This document shows positions 1-9,060 of a stretch of 64,000 nt of DNA, piece by piece. Numbering within the stretch: the stretch's first letter is position 1; each line of letters starts with the position of its first letter. This DNA comes from a virus: positions 1 to 64,000 of the IMG/VR virus record IMGVR_UViG_3300031730_000001; one strand, written 5' to 3'. Under the pieces are notes generated by a model. That model made no database searches. It was not told the DNA's origin and was given only the letters and a program-made list of their open reading frames with translations. Position numbers and translations under genes: made by a program.

Positions 1-2
1 AA

Positions 3-191
3 ACCGCAGTCGCCCTCAACGTTGAGTACGAGATGAGGCGACGCGCCGGAGCGCCCACCGACGACTTCCTCACCAAAACGGTCGTCCCCGCCACCAAGCG
101 GGCAGTCGCCGCCGGAGCCGACTTCGACACCATCCAGGCCGACGCCGACCGCGAGTTCGGGCAGTGGCTCATCGACAACGCCGGAAGGTAG
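3..191 (+). CDS. Hypothetical protein, 5' truncated by window edge
   Basis: Open frame with GC3-rich codons to TAG at 189-191. Confidence 0.6.
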   Translation, partial: TAVALNVEYEMRRRAGAPTDDFLTKTVVPATKRAVAAGADFDTIQADADREFGQWLIDNAGR

Positions 192-202
192 GGAGATTCG
201 TC

Positions 203-415
203 ATGGGATTCCTGGAACGCCGCGCCACCCGGGCCTGGCATGAAGCCAACGACGACCTTGAGGCATACGTCAGCGCCTATACCGCCGGCCAAAGCGGCAG
301 CCCGGTCGAGGAGACCATCCGCTTCCGCTACCTGCAGGGCGCCGTCAACGACGCCTACGACAAGATCCCCGCCCGGTACCGCGACCCGCGCGACCGGGAC
401 GACGAAGAGGAGTGA
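203..415 (+). CDS. Hypothetical phage protein
   Basis: RBS GGGAG before ATG 203; coupled to next gene. Confidence 0.7.
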   Translation: MGFLERRATRAWHEANDDLEAYVSAYTAGQSGSPVEETIRFRYLQGAVNDAYDKIPARYRDPRDRDDEEE

Positions 416-660
416 CCACCATGCGCATGACCCCAACGATCTGCGGCTACATGGAGCTGCACCCCGCCGACGAACTCGGCCACGATCTCGCCCCGGACTG
501 CTGCGGCAACGAGATGACCGGCAAGGACACCGACGACGGACACAAGGAGTACGTGTGCGGCGACTGCGGCACCGTGCTCGAAGTCGACGAGCTCGGGCTC
601 GTCTACGACATCCGGGAGAAGGTCCGGAAGGCCAGGAAGACGAAGAAGGCCGCCGCCTGA
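412..660 (+). CDS. Small Zn-ribbon protein
   Basis: CCG...CGDCG cysteine pairs; GTGA overlap. Confidence 0.7.
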   Translation: MTTMRMTPTICGYMELHPADELGHDLAPDCCGNEMTGKDTDDGHKEYVCGDCGTVLEVDELGLVYDIREKVRKARKTKKAAA

Positions 661-855
661 TCAGCCGGACACAGAAGGGCCCCGGCCTTCCCCGGCCGGG
701 GCTTTCGTCGTATCGGGTACGGCGCGCGCCATCCACCGCCCGTCGGTGAGGCATTTCGGCGGCATGCGGGGCGCGAGGCCCAGCGACAGCAGCAGCCGGT
801 AGCCCTCGGCCGTCTCCGCCTCATCATCACCCTGGACCGTGAACCGTAAAGCCAT
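661..855 (-). CDS. Hypothetical protein
   Basis: MALRFTVQGDD..., downstream of the GIY-YIG gene. Confidence 0.5.
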   Translation of the reverse strand: MALRFTVQGDDEAETAEGYRLLLSLGLAPRMPPKCLTDGRWMARAVPDTTKAPAGEGRGPSVSG

Positions 856-908
856 ACGGGCAGTGTGGCGCGGGCGGTGGGGGAGCGGGGCGGGAATCGG
901 GAAGCGGG

Positions 909-1268
909 CTACTCGGCTGGCGGGTCGGCCCATCCCGTGAAGCATCGGAGGCTGCGCGCGCGATGTTCTGGCGTGTGCGTCACGTTGTAGCGGGGCTGGA
1001 GTTCCTTGATGAGCCGTTCCTCGGCTCGCTGCGAGGCGGCCCGGTCCGAATGCCAGTCGACTTCATAGCGGGCGATCTCGTGACCCCAAGGCTTCTCTCG
1101 GCGCTGCACTTCGACCCGTATCGCAGGTTCGTAGCTCATGCCCACGTAGATGAGATCGCCGCCCGCGTTGTAGATGCGGTAGACCGCGCTCGCGTCGGAG
1201 GGGCCGTGGTGGCGGATGGCGCCGCGCTCGTTGACTCGGCGGACGCGCGATGAAGGGCCGAGGGTCAT
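909..1268 (-). CDS. GIY-YIG family endonuclease
   Basis: VYRIY...LIYVGMS, R, E..LIK...P.YN pattern; ATGA overlap with upstream HTH gene. Confidence 0.85.
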   Translation of the reverse strand: MTLGPSSRVRRVNERGAIRHHGPSDASAVYRIYNAGGDLIYVGMSYEPAIRVEVQRREKPWGHEIARYEVDWHSDRAASQRAEERLIKELQPRYNVTHTPEHRARSLRCFTGWADPPAE

Positions 1269-1492
1269 GACGGCTTCACCTTCCCGTCGCGGATGCGCGC
1301 AACGTATTCGCGGGTCCATCCGGTTGCCTCGACGACTTCGCTGAGTCGACCACGCGGGGTCGGGTCGGGGAAGAGCTGTGGGATGAGGGCGCGGATGCGG
1401 TCGCGGTCCTCGTCGTTCTTGCGGTCGCGGTCGCGGATCCGGCGCGCGATGGCGCGGACCTCTTCGAGCTGCTCTCGGTAGTCGTCTTCCAT
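1265..1492 (-). CDS. Small helix-turn-helix DNA-binding protein
   Basis: LSEVVEATGWTREYVARI; resembles 63323-63523. Confidence 0.75.
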   Translation of the reverse strand: MEDDYREQLEEVRAIARRIRDRDRKNDEDRDRIRALIPQLFPDPTPRGRLSEVVEATGWTREYVARIRDGKVKPS

Positions 1493-1499
1493 GACCTCA

Positions 1500-1570
1500 G
1501 TATGCCATCTCTGTAGGCGGACGCAATGTGCCTACCGTGTTGACATGAGAACTGTGTAGGCCTACTCTGT
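1500..1570 (+). promoter_or_regulatory. Divergent sigma70/HrdB-type promoter with palindromic operator
   Basis: TTGACA (1540-45)-17 bp-TACTCT (1563-68); palindrome GTAGGCCTAC (1556-65). Confidence 0.75.
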
Positions 1571-1606
1571 TTACATCAGCAAGGCGGCAAGCCAGGGGAG
1601 AACGAG

Positions 1607-2242
1607 ATGAACGCGACTACCGACAAGGCCCGCACCCCTTACGACGCCGAGCACGTCGCCATCGTCGACATGGGCCGCACCGTCACCGCCCTGTACATCC
1701 CTGACCCCGAGCAGGCTAAGGACCCGCAGGCGGTCGCCGACAACATCACGGCCCCCGAGTACGCGAACGTCGAAGTGGTCGCTACGGCCACACGGTGCTA
1801 CAAGACCGAGGGCGCCACGGCGTCCGGCTGGTTCATCCGCAGCGGACTCGACTCCGGCAGCGAGGGCTACCCCAACAAGCGCGCCATGCGCGAAGCCCTG
1901 CGTCTCACCATCAGCGGCTACTTCACCACCACCGAGCAGGAGACCAACGCCGTGACCGAAGCCCCCGCACCCTGCCCCAATCACCCGGCCGTCGCCGACG
2001 AGCGCGGCACTCACGCCGAAGCCCTCCCGGTTCCGCGCTGCCAGGACGGCACCGGATATGGCGTCTGGGATGAGGGTGACGGCGGCTTCACCCACGTCGT
2101 GGACTGCGCCATGAGCGCAGCCAACTGGGCCGCCGAGCAACTGGACGAGGACTCCGACTACGAGATGCACATCAAGGCCGTCTGCGGTGACCACCCGGAC
2201 CAGCCCGCCGACGGCTGTGAGGACTGCTTCGCCGACAGCTGA
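1607..2242 (+). CDS. Hypothetical protein with Cys/His clusters
   Basis: Strong RBS; followed by hairpin ~2248-2275. Confidence 0.7.
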   Translation: MNATTDKARTPYDAEHVAIVDMGRTVTALYIPDPEQAKDPQAVADNITAPEYANVEVVATATRCYKTEGATASGWFIRSGLDSGSEGYPNKRAMREALRLTISGYFTTTEQETNAVTEAPAPCPNHPAVADERGTHAEALPVPRCQDGTGYGVWDEGDGGFTHVVDCAMSAANWAAEQLDEDSDYEMHIKAVCGDHPDQPADGCEDCFADS

Positions 2243-2317
2243 CCCGCCCCGCCCGGCCTTTCGAGGCCGGGCTTCACCACCGAATTGCCGCCCGACTTGC
2301 CGCCGAAGGGAATCCCG

Positions 2318-2644
2318 ATGTCGCACTTCAGCTACTCGGAGGCCGTGGACCGTGCCGCCCGAGTCCTGTTCGCCAAGCACTCCCCGGCATTCTCCGACCA
2401 GTACGGGAAGTGCGAAGTCTCCGGCTACGTCGCATCGGAGGGGGTCGACGGAAAGGTCCGCGTCACTCACCAGATTCCCGAGCCGGACCTGCTGGACGAT
2501 GACCGGATGAGCGACGACGAGATGGCCGCCGAACGCCATCGCATGGTCGAGCTCTACGCGAAGACACTGGAAACCGCAGGCTGGACGGTGGCGCGACGAG
2601 GTCCTCACTCCCGGAAGCCGTACCTGCTGGCGAGCCGGCCGTGA
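2318..2644 (+). CDS. Hypothetical protein, paralog of 2908-3225
   Basis: Shared PDLLD.DR.SDD..AAERHRMV..YA.TL..AGW motif. Confidence 0.75.
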   Translation: MSHFSYSEAVDRAARVLFAKHSPAFSDQYGKCEVSGYVASEGVDGKVRVTHQIPEPDLLDDDRMSDDEMAAERHRMVELYAKTLETAGWTVARRGPHSRKPYLLASRP

Positions 2645-2898
2645 TCGCCCCACCGCGTCTCAACATCCCCGTCCCGCAGGCGGTCCTGGATGCGTTCCCT
2701 GCCCCGCCGTCCACGCCGGCGGAGGAGGCGCGGCTGGCGGGCGTGATGCTCGCCGCCCAAGCCCAACTCTGCGAGGACCCCGACGCCCGCGAGGAAGGCC
2801 GCCACCGCATGACCGCGCTGATCGCCGCCGCCAACAAGCAGCTGGCGCGCACCGGGGCCGTCTACGGCTGGGGCGACCTGCCCGGCCTCAACCGATAG
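2641..2898 (+). CDS. Hypothetical protein
   Basis: GTGA overlap, codon bias. Confidence 0.65.
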   Translation: MIAPPRLNIPVPQAVLDAFPAPPSTPAEEARLAGVMLAAQAQLCEDPDAREEGRHRMTALIAAANKQLARTGAVYGWGDLPGLNR

Positions 2899-2907
2899 GA
2901 GAACTGC

Positions 2908-3225
2908 ATGTCCGGCACGATCTATGAGGAAGTCGTCGAAGAACTCGGCCGCCATCACGCCCGCGTCGGCCAGACCGAGTACGGCGGCACCGTCACCCCC
3001 GGATTCGTCGTCTCTGCCGGACCCGAGGGCAAGGCGCGGATCTCCCACATGACCCCGTCGCCGGACCTGCTCGACCCGGACCGGACCAGCGACGACGACC
3101 TCGCAGCCGAGCGGCATCGGATGGTCGACGCCTACGCGGCCACGCTCGCGGCGGCCGGTTGGCGAGTCGAGCAGCGCGGACCGCGATCCCGCCACCCGTA
3201 CCTGCTGGTGGGGCGCGGACGATGA
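2908..3225 (+). CDS. Hypothetical protein, paralog of 2318-2644
   Basis: RBS AGGAG; shared motif. Confidence 0.75.
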   Translation: MSGTIYEEVVEELGRHHARVGQTEYGGTVTPGFVVSAGPEGKARISHMTPSPDLLDPDRTSDDDLAAERHRMVDAYAATLAAAGWRVEQRGPRSRHPYLLVGRGR

Positions 3226-3743
3226 CCGCCGCCTGGCCGTTCGGCGCCGATGCCGACGAACACGACCCGCTCACCAAGCTCCGCATCCCCGTCGTCAGCA
3301 GCTTCAACCCGGAATGGAAGTACATCGCCGCCTGGATCGGCGTCGACCGCAGTCGCTACAGCTGGGGCAGCGCCGAACGCCCCACCGACGCCGAAGCCGC
3401 CATGCTCGCCAGCTTCATCGACGAGTACAAACACCACTGGTTCAACGACGGCTACCAGGCGCGGCTACTGAAGCGGCCCCTCGACGTCGACTCCGGCTGC
3501 AACACCACCGTCTTCATCAAGTACGGCAACGACGACTGGGGCTACCGGCTGTGCTCGTGGATCTACGGGCCGACCTATCTTCCCGTCGGACCCAAACTGC
3601 GCGGCGGCGAATACGACGCAGGCGAACACCGAGGACCGCTCACCCTGGAACAGGTCATGGACCGGCGCCACACCATCGGCGACGAACCCATGGCGCACTG
3701 GGTGGACTGGAAGGCCGCGCGCCCGGAGGTGTTCCCGGCATGA
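3222..3743 (+). CDS. Hypothetical protein
   Basis: ATGA overlap, aromatic-rich globular sequence. Confidence 0.7.
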   Translation: MTAAWPFGADADEHDPLTKLRIPVVSSFNPEWKYIAAWIGVDRSRYSWGSAERPTDAEAAMLASFIDEYKHHWFNDGYQARLLKRPLDVDSGCNTTVFIKYGNDDWGYRLCSWIYGPTYLPVGPKLRGGEYDAGEHRGPLTLEQVMDRRHTIGDEPMAHWVDWKAARPEVFPA

Positions 3744-4036
3744 CCCGGCCCCTGTCCGCGAAGGCGGCCCGCGCCGTCATCGACGCCGCCACGATCGTGA
3801 AAGCGCCCGACCATCGCGACACCAACACGTGGAACGTCGTGGCCGCCGACGGCACGGTGCTCGTCGTCATCGAACCGTCCTACGGCGGGACGTCACGGAC
3901 AGGCCGCAACGGGTGGCTGTGGTGGCTCGCCGATGGTGGGCGCACCCGCAACCCGGTTGAAGCCACCCGGGAGAAAGCTGCTATTGCCGGGCTGCTCGCC
4001 TGGGAACGGCGGGCGACGGCGAGGCCACAGCCGTGA
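3740..4036 (+). CDS. Hypothetical protein
   Basis: ATGA overlap. Confidence 0.65.
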   Translation: MTRPLSAKAARAVIDAATIVKAPDHRDTNTWNVVAADGTVLVVIEPSYGGTSRTGRNGWLWWLADGGRTRNPVEATREKAAIAGLLAWERRATARPQP

Positions 4037-4284
4037 CCGCCCCGGCCCCGACGCTGGCCGACGAGTTCCCGATCCCGGGCGTCCGGTTCGAGAACGGACG
4101 CACCCGGCATCGCGTCCGCCGGCCCGAGGATCAGCGGTGGTGGGAGCTGCTGCACGCCGCCTGCGGGAAGAGCGGATACCGGGCGACCGGGTACGTCGTC
4201 GGGGCGGTTGGGGAATGCCGGGGATGCGCGCGGGCTGTAGGCGCCGAACAGACGAATCCATTGCCGACCGCTACGACAGGATGA
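4033..4284 (+). CDS. Small Cys-containing protein
   Basis: H...ACG...CRGC; coupled overlaps. Confidence 0.6.
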   Translation: MTAPAPTLADEFPIPGVRFENGRTRHRVRRPEDQRWWELLHAACGKSGYRATGYVVGAVGECRGCARAVGAEQTNPLPTATTG

Positions 4285-4577
4285 ACCTCATGGCCGACCT
4301 GCACCCCGATGCCTTCAAGCTCCGCACCGTCATCCGCGATCACGACGAACGCGGCGGCAACACCGAAGACGCCGAGGGCAAACTCGCAGGCGTTGACGCA
4401 TTCGCGTTCCTCGGTGCAGCCGCAGCCCGAGCCCGACTCATGACCGAAGGCTTCGGGACCCTCCGCCAGACCCTCAACCCGCGACAGCGGCAAGAGCTGG
4501 AGGAGCTACTCACCACCATGTGGCAGGACGGCTTCATCGTCGGCGCCAGCTACGAGGCGCAGCACCATACCGCTTGA
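4281..4577 (+). CDS. Hypothetical protein
   Basis: ATGA overlap; hairpin 4592-4623 follows. Confidence 0.65.
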   Translation: MNLMADLHPDAFKLRTVIRDHDERGGNTEDAEGKLAGVDAFAFLGAAAARARLMTEGFGTLRQTLNPRQRQELEELLTTMWQDGFIVGASYEAQHHTA

Positions 4578-4753
4578 CCCGCCGCACCCGAGAGCCCGCC
4601 TCCACCGTCTGGGGCGGGCTTTCGGCGTGCGGTGAGCCGTTTCTGTGTCCGGCACCTCACCCACTGTGCCATTGGCCCACCGTGTCAACCCGTAATGCCA
4701 CAATCGGCTCAGTAGTGCCCCTGTTTCTCGTACCACCGCCGAGGAGCTGCACC

Positions 4754-5461
4754 ATGCACGACCACACCCCCGACGACTCCGGCTACGAATGGCCGGTCTG
4801 CGTTACTCCCCGATGCGAACGCCGACTGTGGGTTGCCGAGGCCGACAGGTGGGCTTGCCGGCCCTGCGGCGACGTCACCTTGACCCGCATCGCCGAACTC
4901 CCTGCCCTCTTCCGCCAGCTGGACACAACCGCAACCCTGATGCGCGGCGCCCGCCGTCCAGGCGGTGGAGGATCCGGCAGTAGGACCCCGCCGATTCCGC
5001 CCCGGCTGGAAGTCCTGTCCCTGGTCGGTCCCGGCGGTGTCGCGGCCCGTCTGTCGGCGATTGAGGATGCGTGGCGGAAGGTGCTCGACTGGCCCATCGC
5101 CCCGTGGCGCGGCTCCCCGGCGCAGGCCGTGCCGCAGCTGGCTGGCTTCCTCGCCAACAACTTGCTGTGGGCGTGCGGCAGTTACGAGGAGGTCGGCCAG
5201 GACATCGACGACCTGCGCAGGCTGCACGGCGAGATGAAGGCCATCGTCGAGGATGAACGGCGGCCCGGGCGGGTGCAGATCGGTAACTGTCCTGTACGGC
5301 TCGACGACGGCCCGTGTTGGACGCCGCTCACTGCGTCCGCCGCCAGCCACCGGGTGCGATGCGGCGGCTGCAACGCGAAGTGGGAGACGATCGGGGAGTG
5401 GCGGGAATTGCGGGCCGCGCAAGAAGCCGTGCTCGCCGAAGCGGCAGGAGTCGCGGCGTGA
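4754..5461 (+). CDS. Zn-finger protein, possible late-transcription regulator
   Basis: RBS GAGGAG; N-terminal C...C/CxxC and C-terminal CP...C...CxxC; position at end of right arm (function inferred). Confidence 0.65.
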   Translation: MHDHTPDDSGYEWPVCVTPRCERRLWVAEADRWACRPCGDVTLTRIAELPALFRQLDTTATLMRGARRPGGGGSGSRTPPIPPRLEVLSLVGPGGVAARLSAIEDAWRKVLDWPIAPWRGSPAQAVPQLAGFLANNLLWACGSYEEVGQDIDDLRRLHGEMKAIVEDERRPGRVQIGNCPVRLDDGPCWTPLTASAASHRVRCGGCNAKWETIGEWRELRAAQEAVLAEAAGVAA

Positions 5462-5637
5462 ACTGCGCCTGCAAGCTCGCCAGTTGCGGCCCCGTCGTTG
5501 CCCGCTGGAGCCACCCCAGCGGAAGCGTCAGCTGGCTGTGCCGGAACTGCCTCGACTGCTGGTTCGACAACGCCGACGACGACCCCGACTTGGAGCCTGC
5601 CGCATGGCGGTGGATCGCAATAGGAGCGGCAGCGTGA
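5458..5637 (+). CDS. Small Cys-rich protein
   Basis: GTGA overlap; CACxxxxC...CRNC. Confidence 0.55.
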   Translation: MNCACKLASCGPVVARWSHPSGSVSWLCRNCLDCWFDNADDDPDLEPAAWRWIAIGAAA

Positions 5638-5648
5638 AGCGCCAACCC

Positions 5649-5936
5649 ATGACTCACGACTTCGGTCCCGACCGCCGAGGTTGGGGCCACGACTACTGCG
5701 TCGACAAGGTCGCCGACGGCGGCCAGCAGATACGCGCATCCGGATGGGGACATGACGGCAGGATGATCCAGGAAGGCGACTACCTGCTCCTGGCGGCCAA
5801 GGGCGGGCAGCGCACCACCCGCTACCAGGTGCAGACGATCGAACGCGTTATGGACCCGCCCGACATGTGGTTCGCGGACCTGACCTTCGCGCCCCGGCAG
5901 TACGCCACTCAGGAAGAGATGGACGCGACGCGATGA
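5649..5936 (+). CDS. Hypothetical protein
   Basis: Codon bias, coupled to next gene. Confidence 0.65.
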   Translation: MTHDFGPDRRGWGHDYCVDKVADGGQQIRASGWGHDGRMIQEGDYLLLAAKGGQRTTRYQVQTIERVMDPPDMWFADLTFAPRQYATQEEMDATR

Positions 5937-6241
5937 GCGATGAGAGACCGGCATCCGGCACGACCCGCTACCTGTGCCCCCTCGAATGCGGATGGCACCA
6001 CGACGAAGCACCCCCGAGCCTCGCCGACATCAACGGGGTCGCCCCAGACCCGACGGCCCGCGCCTTCCAGGATCTCTTCAACTCGATCGTCACCAACGCC
6101 TGCATGCGCCGCGCCGGGCGCACGGAGACTGCGCTGCGGGAGCACCTGGATACGCACACCACGCTGGAGTTCGCCACCGTCATCCACGGCCTGCGGGTTG
6201 AGGTCGCGCGCCTGAAGAGCAGCGAGGAACCGGCCGGATGA
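5933..6241 (+). CDS. Hypothetical protein with CPLECGW motif
   Basis: ATGA overlap. Confidence 0.65.
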   Translation: MSDERPASGTTRYLCPLECGWHHDEAPPSLADINGVAPDPTARAFQDLFNSIVTNACMRRAGRTETALREHLDTHTTLEFATVIHGLRVEVARLKSSEEPAG

Positions 6242-6552
6242 GCGACATCACTGACTTCCTCCGCACCCGCTACGTCGAGGATGCGGCTGCGATCCGGGCG
6301 AACTGGCACGGCAAGGGCATCACCTCCGAGCGGTACCACGGGACGCCCATCGACCCGGTACGCCTACTCGCCGACCTCGACGCCAAGCAGCAGATCCTGA
6401 AAGCGCACGAGCGGCTACCCGAGGGAGCCTTCTGCATCGCATGCGACGCCCCGACAGGCATTCCCGGCGAACCCGACGGCTGTGCGACCGTCCGCCTGCT
6501 GGCCGCGATGTACGCCAGCCACCCGGAATACCGCGACGAATGGCGGCCGTGA
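6238..6552 (+). CDS. DUF6221-like protein
   Basis: DP.RLLADLDAK..IL...VRLLA..YASHPEYRDEWRP. Confidence 0.75.
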   Translation: MSDITDFLRTRYVEDAAAIRANWHGKGITSERYHGTPIDPVRLLADLDAKQQILKAHERLPEGAFCIACDAPTGIPGEPDGCATVRLLAAMYASHPEYRDEWRP

Positions 6553-6559
6553 GCGGAGA

Positions 6560-6684
6560 GTAATCACCGCGCGACTCTTGACACCACTTCAATCACATAG
6601 CTTGCGCCCGTGACCAGGGCGAGCTTATCGTGTGATTCATTCGATCTAGCTGTCTGAAGGGCCGCCCACTGTGGTGGCCCTTTC
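6560..6684 (+). promoter_or_regulatory. Candidate late promoter followed at once by a terminator hairpin
   Basis: TTGCGC (6602)-18 bp-TATCGT (6626); AATCAC/GTGATT repeats; hairpin GAAGGGCC...GGCCCTTTC 6656-6684. Confidence 0.5.
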
Positions 6685-6704
6685 GCGTTACCGGGGGTGA
6701 TCGC

Positions 6705-6950
6705 ATGCCCGGTCTACTCATCCCCGTCGACCTCGCCGCCCACGTTGCCGGACACCCCGAAGCGACCATCCGGCGATGGGCCTGCGAAGGCCGCCTCACC
6801 CGGCACCCGGACTCGGGCCGCCGCAAGAACGGCGTGCTGTACGACATCGAGGAGATCCCCGAGGCGACCCGCGACAAAGACACGCTCAAGCTGATCGCCC
6901 CCGGCGCAACCCCGCCCGTCATCGGGCAGACATCCCAACTCGCCGCCTGA
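6705..6950 (+). CDS. Small HTH (MerR/Xis-like) DNA-binding protein
   Basis: LAAHVAGHPEATIRRWACEGRL...LYDI. Confidence 0.75.
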   Translation: MPGLLIPVDLAAHVAGHPEATIRRWACEGRLTRHPDSGRRKNGVLYDIEEIPEATRDKDTLKLIAPGATPPVIGQTSQLAA

Positions 6951-7071
6951 CGCCCCCCATCTCCTGCGCGCGGTGGCGCAGGCGGGCCTTGAAGCGCCCC
7001 GCGCTCGGCCCCACCGTCCGCCCGGCCCTGAGGGGGACCGGGCGGACGGCAAACTTCGGAGAGAGGCGACG

Positions 7072-7515
7072 ATGCCGCTGACGTTCCGCGTAACCACCCG
7101 TCACTCCGGCCGGAAGCGCGCCGTCACGGTCAAGGTGTACGACGACCTGGATGACATGCGGACCGCTGCGACCCGGTATGCCCGCCACAACGGCACCAGC
7201 GAACCAGGCAGCTTCGGCGACGCCCACGGCGTCACGCACGCCTTCCAGGTCATGACGATCGGCCCGGACGGCGAGGTGCAATCCTCCTCGGAGGCCGCCG
7301 CCCTGATTCGGTTCTGGCGCCAACGCCTCGGCACTGGCGTCGTCACGCACGAAGTGGCCCATGCAGCTGCGGCGATCTACGAGCAGGACTGGTTGCCGAA
7401 TCACGGGCCGATTCACGAGGGCCTCGCCAACGAAGAAGTGTTCTGCTACCTCGTCGGCGACCTGGCCAGCCGGATCGTCAAGCAGCTCTACCGCCACGGC
7501 ATGTACACCACCTGA
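7072..7515 (+). CDS. HEXXH zinc metallopeptidase-like protein
   Basis: VVTHEVAH plus downstream NEE. Confidence 0.6.
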   Translation: MPLTFRVTTRHSGRKRAVTVKVYDDLDDMRTAATRYARHNGTSEPGSFGDAHGVTHAFQVMTIGPDGEVQSSSEAAALIRFWRQRLGTGVVTHEVAHAAAAIYEQDWLPNHGPIHEGLANEEVFCYLVGDLASRIVKQLYRHGMYTT

Positions 7516-7607
7516 GCCCGGGGCTGGCCGCTCATCCGAGTCCCGGACGTTCCGTCGCCCGCGCCACCCCTGACGTGGGCGACGGAACAGCCAATCCGAG
7601 GAGCCGC

Positions 7608-7841
7608 ATGCGACGCCCCGTCATCACCGCCCTGTTCGTCGCCGCATGGATGGTCGGGCCGGTCGCCTGTACCCATGACGACCCGGCGCCCGAACCCAGC
7701 ACCACGCGGCCGACCGCGACCAGGACGCCCACCGTGACGCCGAGCCCGTCGCGCACACCGACCGCCCCACCAGCCAGTCCGACAACGGATCCGAGCCCAA
7801 GGGAATCGACGCTGGCGAGTTCGCCAACAGGAGCGTCATAG
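7608..7841 (+). CDS. Small Pro/Thr-rich putative lipoprotein
   Basis: RBS GAGGAG; signal-like N-terminus ending VAC. Confidence 0.5.
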   Translation: MRRPVITALFVAAWMVGPVACTHDDPAPEPSTTRPTATRTPTVTPSPSRTPTAPPASPTTDPSPRESTLASSPTGAS

Positions 7842-7853
7842 CGGGAGGCGGCC

Positions 7854-8054
7854 ATGGAGCCGAACGAACCTGACAGCGAAGGCCCGCAGCCGGCCGTGCA
7901 GGAACCCCCGATCACGGTCGACACCGCCCTCGCCAACGCGGCTCGTCTGCTCCACAACGCCGAGTTGGAGACGAACCTGCCGCTGATGGAGCGGCTGGAG
8001 CATCTCGCCGACTCGTGGATCGCCGTCGCCCGCACCCTCGCCGAACGGAACTAA
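7854..8054 (+). CDS. Hypothetical protein
   Basis: RBS GGAGG. Confidence 0.65.
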   Translation: MEPNEPDSEGPQPAVQEPPITVDTALANAARLLHNAELETNLPLMERLEHLADSWIAVARTLAERN

Positions 8055-8150
8055 CCAACCCACCCCATACGCCTGCGGCTTGATCACCGCAGGAAGGAAG
8101 CCCCGAGTTCCTGGCTCGGGGCTTCCGCACATCCAGGAAGGCCCGCACCC

Positions 8151-8528
8151 ATGACTCCGCCCGACACCGAACCGATGGCCGCCGACGACCTCTGTGAACA
8201 CTCCTGGTCGTACAACAAGCCAGCCCACGCCACGGCCTCGGTCCGGATCTGCTCCCTCTGTCATGCGATCGACGGCGAAGACCTGATGCGGACGCTCAAC
8301 GAGTACGCGCAGGAGTACGCCAAGCTGTACGCCCCGAAGCCTGTCAGTCTCATCTATGGGCACTCCGACGGGCAGACGATCAGCGTCGTGGATCAGGACG
8401 GCGGCATGCCCGAAGGCTCCCGCGAACGGGCCCTACTTCGCGCGCTGCTCATTCACACCCTGCGGGCAGTCGACGAGCGCGACCACCCGCTGCGGCTCGT
8501 CAGCCTCCCCGCGCCGACAGTCGACTGA
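8151..8528 (+). CDS. Hypothetical protein with Zn-ribbon
   Basis: CEH...ICSLC. Confidence 0.65.
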   Translation: MTPPDTEPMAADDLCEHSWSYNKPAHATASVRICSLCHAIDGEDLMRTLNEYAQEYAKLYAPKPVSLIYGHSDGQTISVVDQDGGMPEGSRERALLRALLIHTLRAVDERDHPLRLVSLPAPTVD

Positions 8529-8542
8529 GGGCGCGGGAACCT

Positions 8543-8899
8543 GTGGGTACCAACTACTACGTCAACACGCCGTCGTGCCCCAACGCCTGCGAGCACTGTG
8601 CGGAGTCGGAGCGCATCCACCTCGGCAAGTCGTCGGTGGGCTGGCGGTTCCTGTTCTACGCCGAGCCCGACTGGCCGCGCGACGAGGCCTTCGCGCACTG
8701 GGTGCGGCGCGCACTTTCCGGGCCGATCGTCGACGAGTACGGCGAAGAGATCACGCTCGCCGGACTGCTCGACCTGGCGCACGCCAAGGCCGACGGCATC
8801 GACCACCTCAACCGGCCACCCGGACGCGAGTACGGCATGGTGACCGTGAACGACTTCACATCCTGCGGCCACGACTTCAACGACCGCGAATTCAGCTAG
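8543..8899 (+). CDS. Conserved phage hypothetical protein
   Basis: MGTNYY...HLGKSSVGW.F.F...IVDEYG...FS pattern. Confidence 0.75.
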   Translation: MGTNYYVNTPSCPNACEHCAESERIHLGKSSVGWRFLFYAEPDWPRDEAFAHWVRRALSGPIVDEYGEEITLAGLLDLAHAKADGIDHLNRPPGREYGMVTVNDFTSCGHDFNDREFS

Positions 8900-9060
8900 G
8901 GAGACGAAGTGACGAGCGACCAGCGGATCAAGGTCTACGCTAGGCAGCGTGGACAAGACCCCTACGGCCAGGTCACGCTGACGGCCAAGCAGGCTCGGCG
9001 TTACGTGAAGAAGTGGCATCGCGAGTTCCCGGACCGGGCCTTCTTGAGCGCGGCGGTCAG

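Noticed and set aside
8495-8506. 12-nt match (GCTCGTCAGCCT) to the predicted TnpB guide
   Set aside because: Short, no CTAAC-like motif next to it; plausible by chance
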